In this document: positions 63,212 to 64,000 of the stretch, piece after piece
How positions within the stretch are numbered: the stretch's first letter is position 1
How the letters are laid out: each line of letters begins with the position of its first letter
Origin: Diadema antillarum
Lineage: Eukaryota
Reading direction: 5' to 3'
DNA: 64,000 bases
Assembly: GCF_040938485.1 (NCBI RefSeq)
Contig: NW_027271810.1
Span: 124,001 to 188,000, forward strand
Notes under the pieces: generated by a model
Databases searched by the model: none
What the model was told of the DNA's origin: nothing
The model's input: only the letters and a program-made list of their open reading frames with translations
Program-made: the position numbers and the translations under genes

Positions 63212-64000
63212 AAGAATGTTTACAATAATGGTGCTTGTTTTCTTTCTCTGTTTCTGTCTGTTTGTATGTGTGCATTCGTAAGCGAGTAATTATGTTTTAA
63301 CACCCCCGCCATTTTCTGTTCTTTTCTTTTTTCGGGGGGGGGGGGGGAGGGTGTATCGGGGGATCTAGTGTTTTTGTGGGGTTTTTTGGATCTAGGAATC
63401 CACACTTCACGCCAGGCCAGACATTGGCTTGATTGACAGCTTTGAATCAGCTTTATCTACGGAGTGATAGGCTGTATCATGTCCCCTTGACCTCGACTGA
63501 CTTTCATTACTTGGAAGACATAGGTGCTCTGAGGTCAAAGAAAGGCACTGATTTTTAGACATTTCGGGTATTCCACTGGCTCTTGCTATAGTCAGGGGTA
63601 CTCATAATACACAGCCCTACCTCCTCAATAAGTTACGCCGAAACGGACAAAGTATCATGAATCAATGAATTATATTCATATATGGTTGTAAATCATTGAT
63701 TTTTATCATTCATTATAAGGTCATGAAGGAATACAACATGGGCTCTTTGATTCCTTCTCAATAACTCAATGTATCCTCAAGTCGAGGTAACGACCTTCTG
63801 GCTTTCAACTGACTGTATTCATCTGTAAAACCAGAAGTCTACTGAATTATGCTATTACCTTAGGGTGACATACAGGCCTTTACGTCGATTCAGAACGACA
63901 AATACTATCACATTACTAACTCAACGCAGGCGAGTCTGTTGAGTGTAAGGACTCGTCTTAGGCACCGCCATGATCACGAGTTACACCAGTCTTGTGAAAC

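Noticed and set aside
3318-63346. Numerous poly-C/poly-G runs, often followed by poly-A, as G-quadruplex regulators
   Set aside because: Scattered uniformly with no positional pattern; treated as genome-background homopolymers.

Overview
Eukaryotic genomic DNA, AT-rich and full of microsatellites, poly-G/C runs and non-autonomous DNA transposons, with two assembly gaps (49513-49685, 59885-60012). The repeat style suggests a marine invertebrate deuterostome such as a sea urchin (inference only). The one supportable protein-coding gene is the 5' part of a secreted matrix metalloproteinase on the minus strand. Exon 1 CDS (8858-8661) encodes a signal peptide and poly-Ser. After a 7-kb phase-0 intron, a 1171-nt exon 2 (1626-456) encodes the prodomain, PRCGVPD cysteine switch, a ~198-aa acidic Ser/Thr-rich insert, two furin-type sites and the start of the catalytic domain. 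A 19-nt micro-exon (28-10) may follow, and the gene runs off the left edge. The catalytic N-terminus resembles MMP21/XMMP. The remaining ~55 kb upstream has no recognisable gene. It holds six TTAA-type MITEs, a Harbinger-like MITE with an internal 44-bp palindrome, two foldback elements built from tandem units (one inserted into a tRNA-derived SINE head), LINE 3'-end fossils, a 130-bp minisatellite, four CTCF-like motifs and several CpG-rich enhancer-like blocks. No CRISPR array, rRNA or intact tRNA gene was found. All alignments were done by eye; no searches were run.
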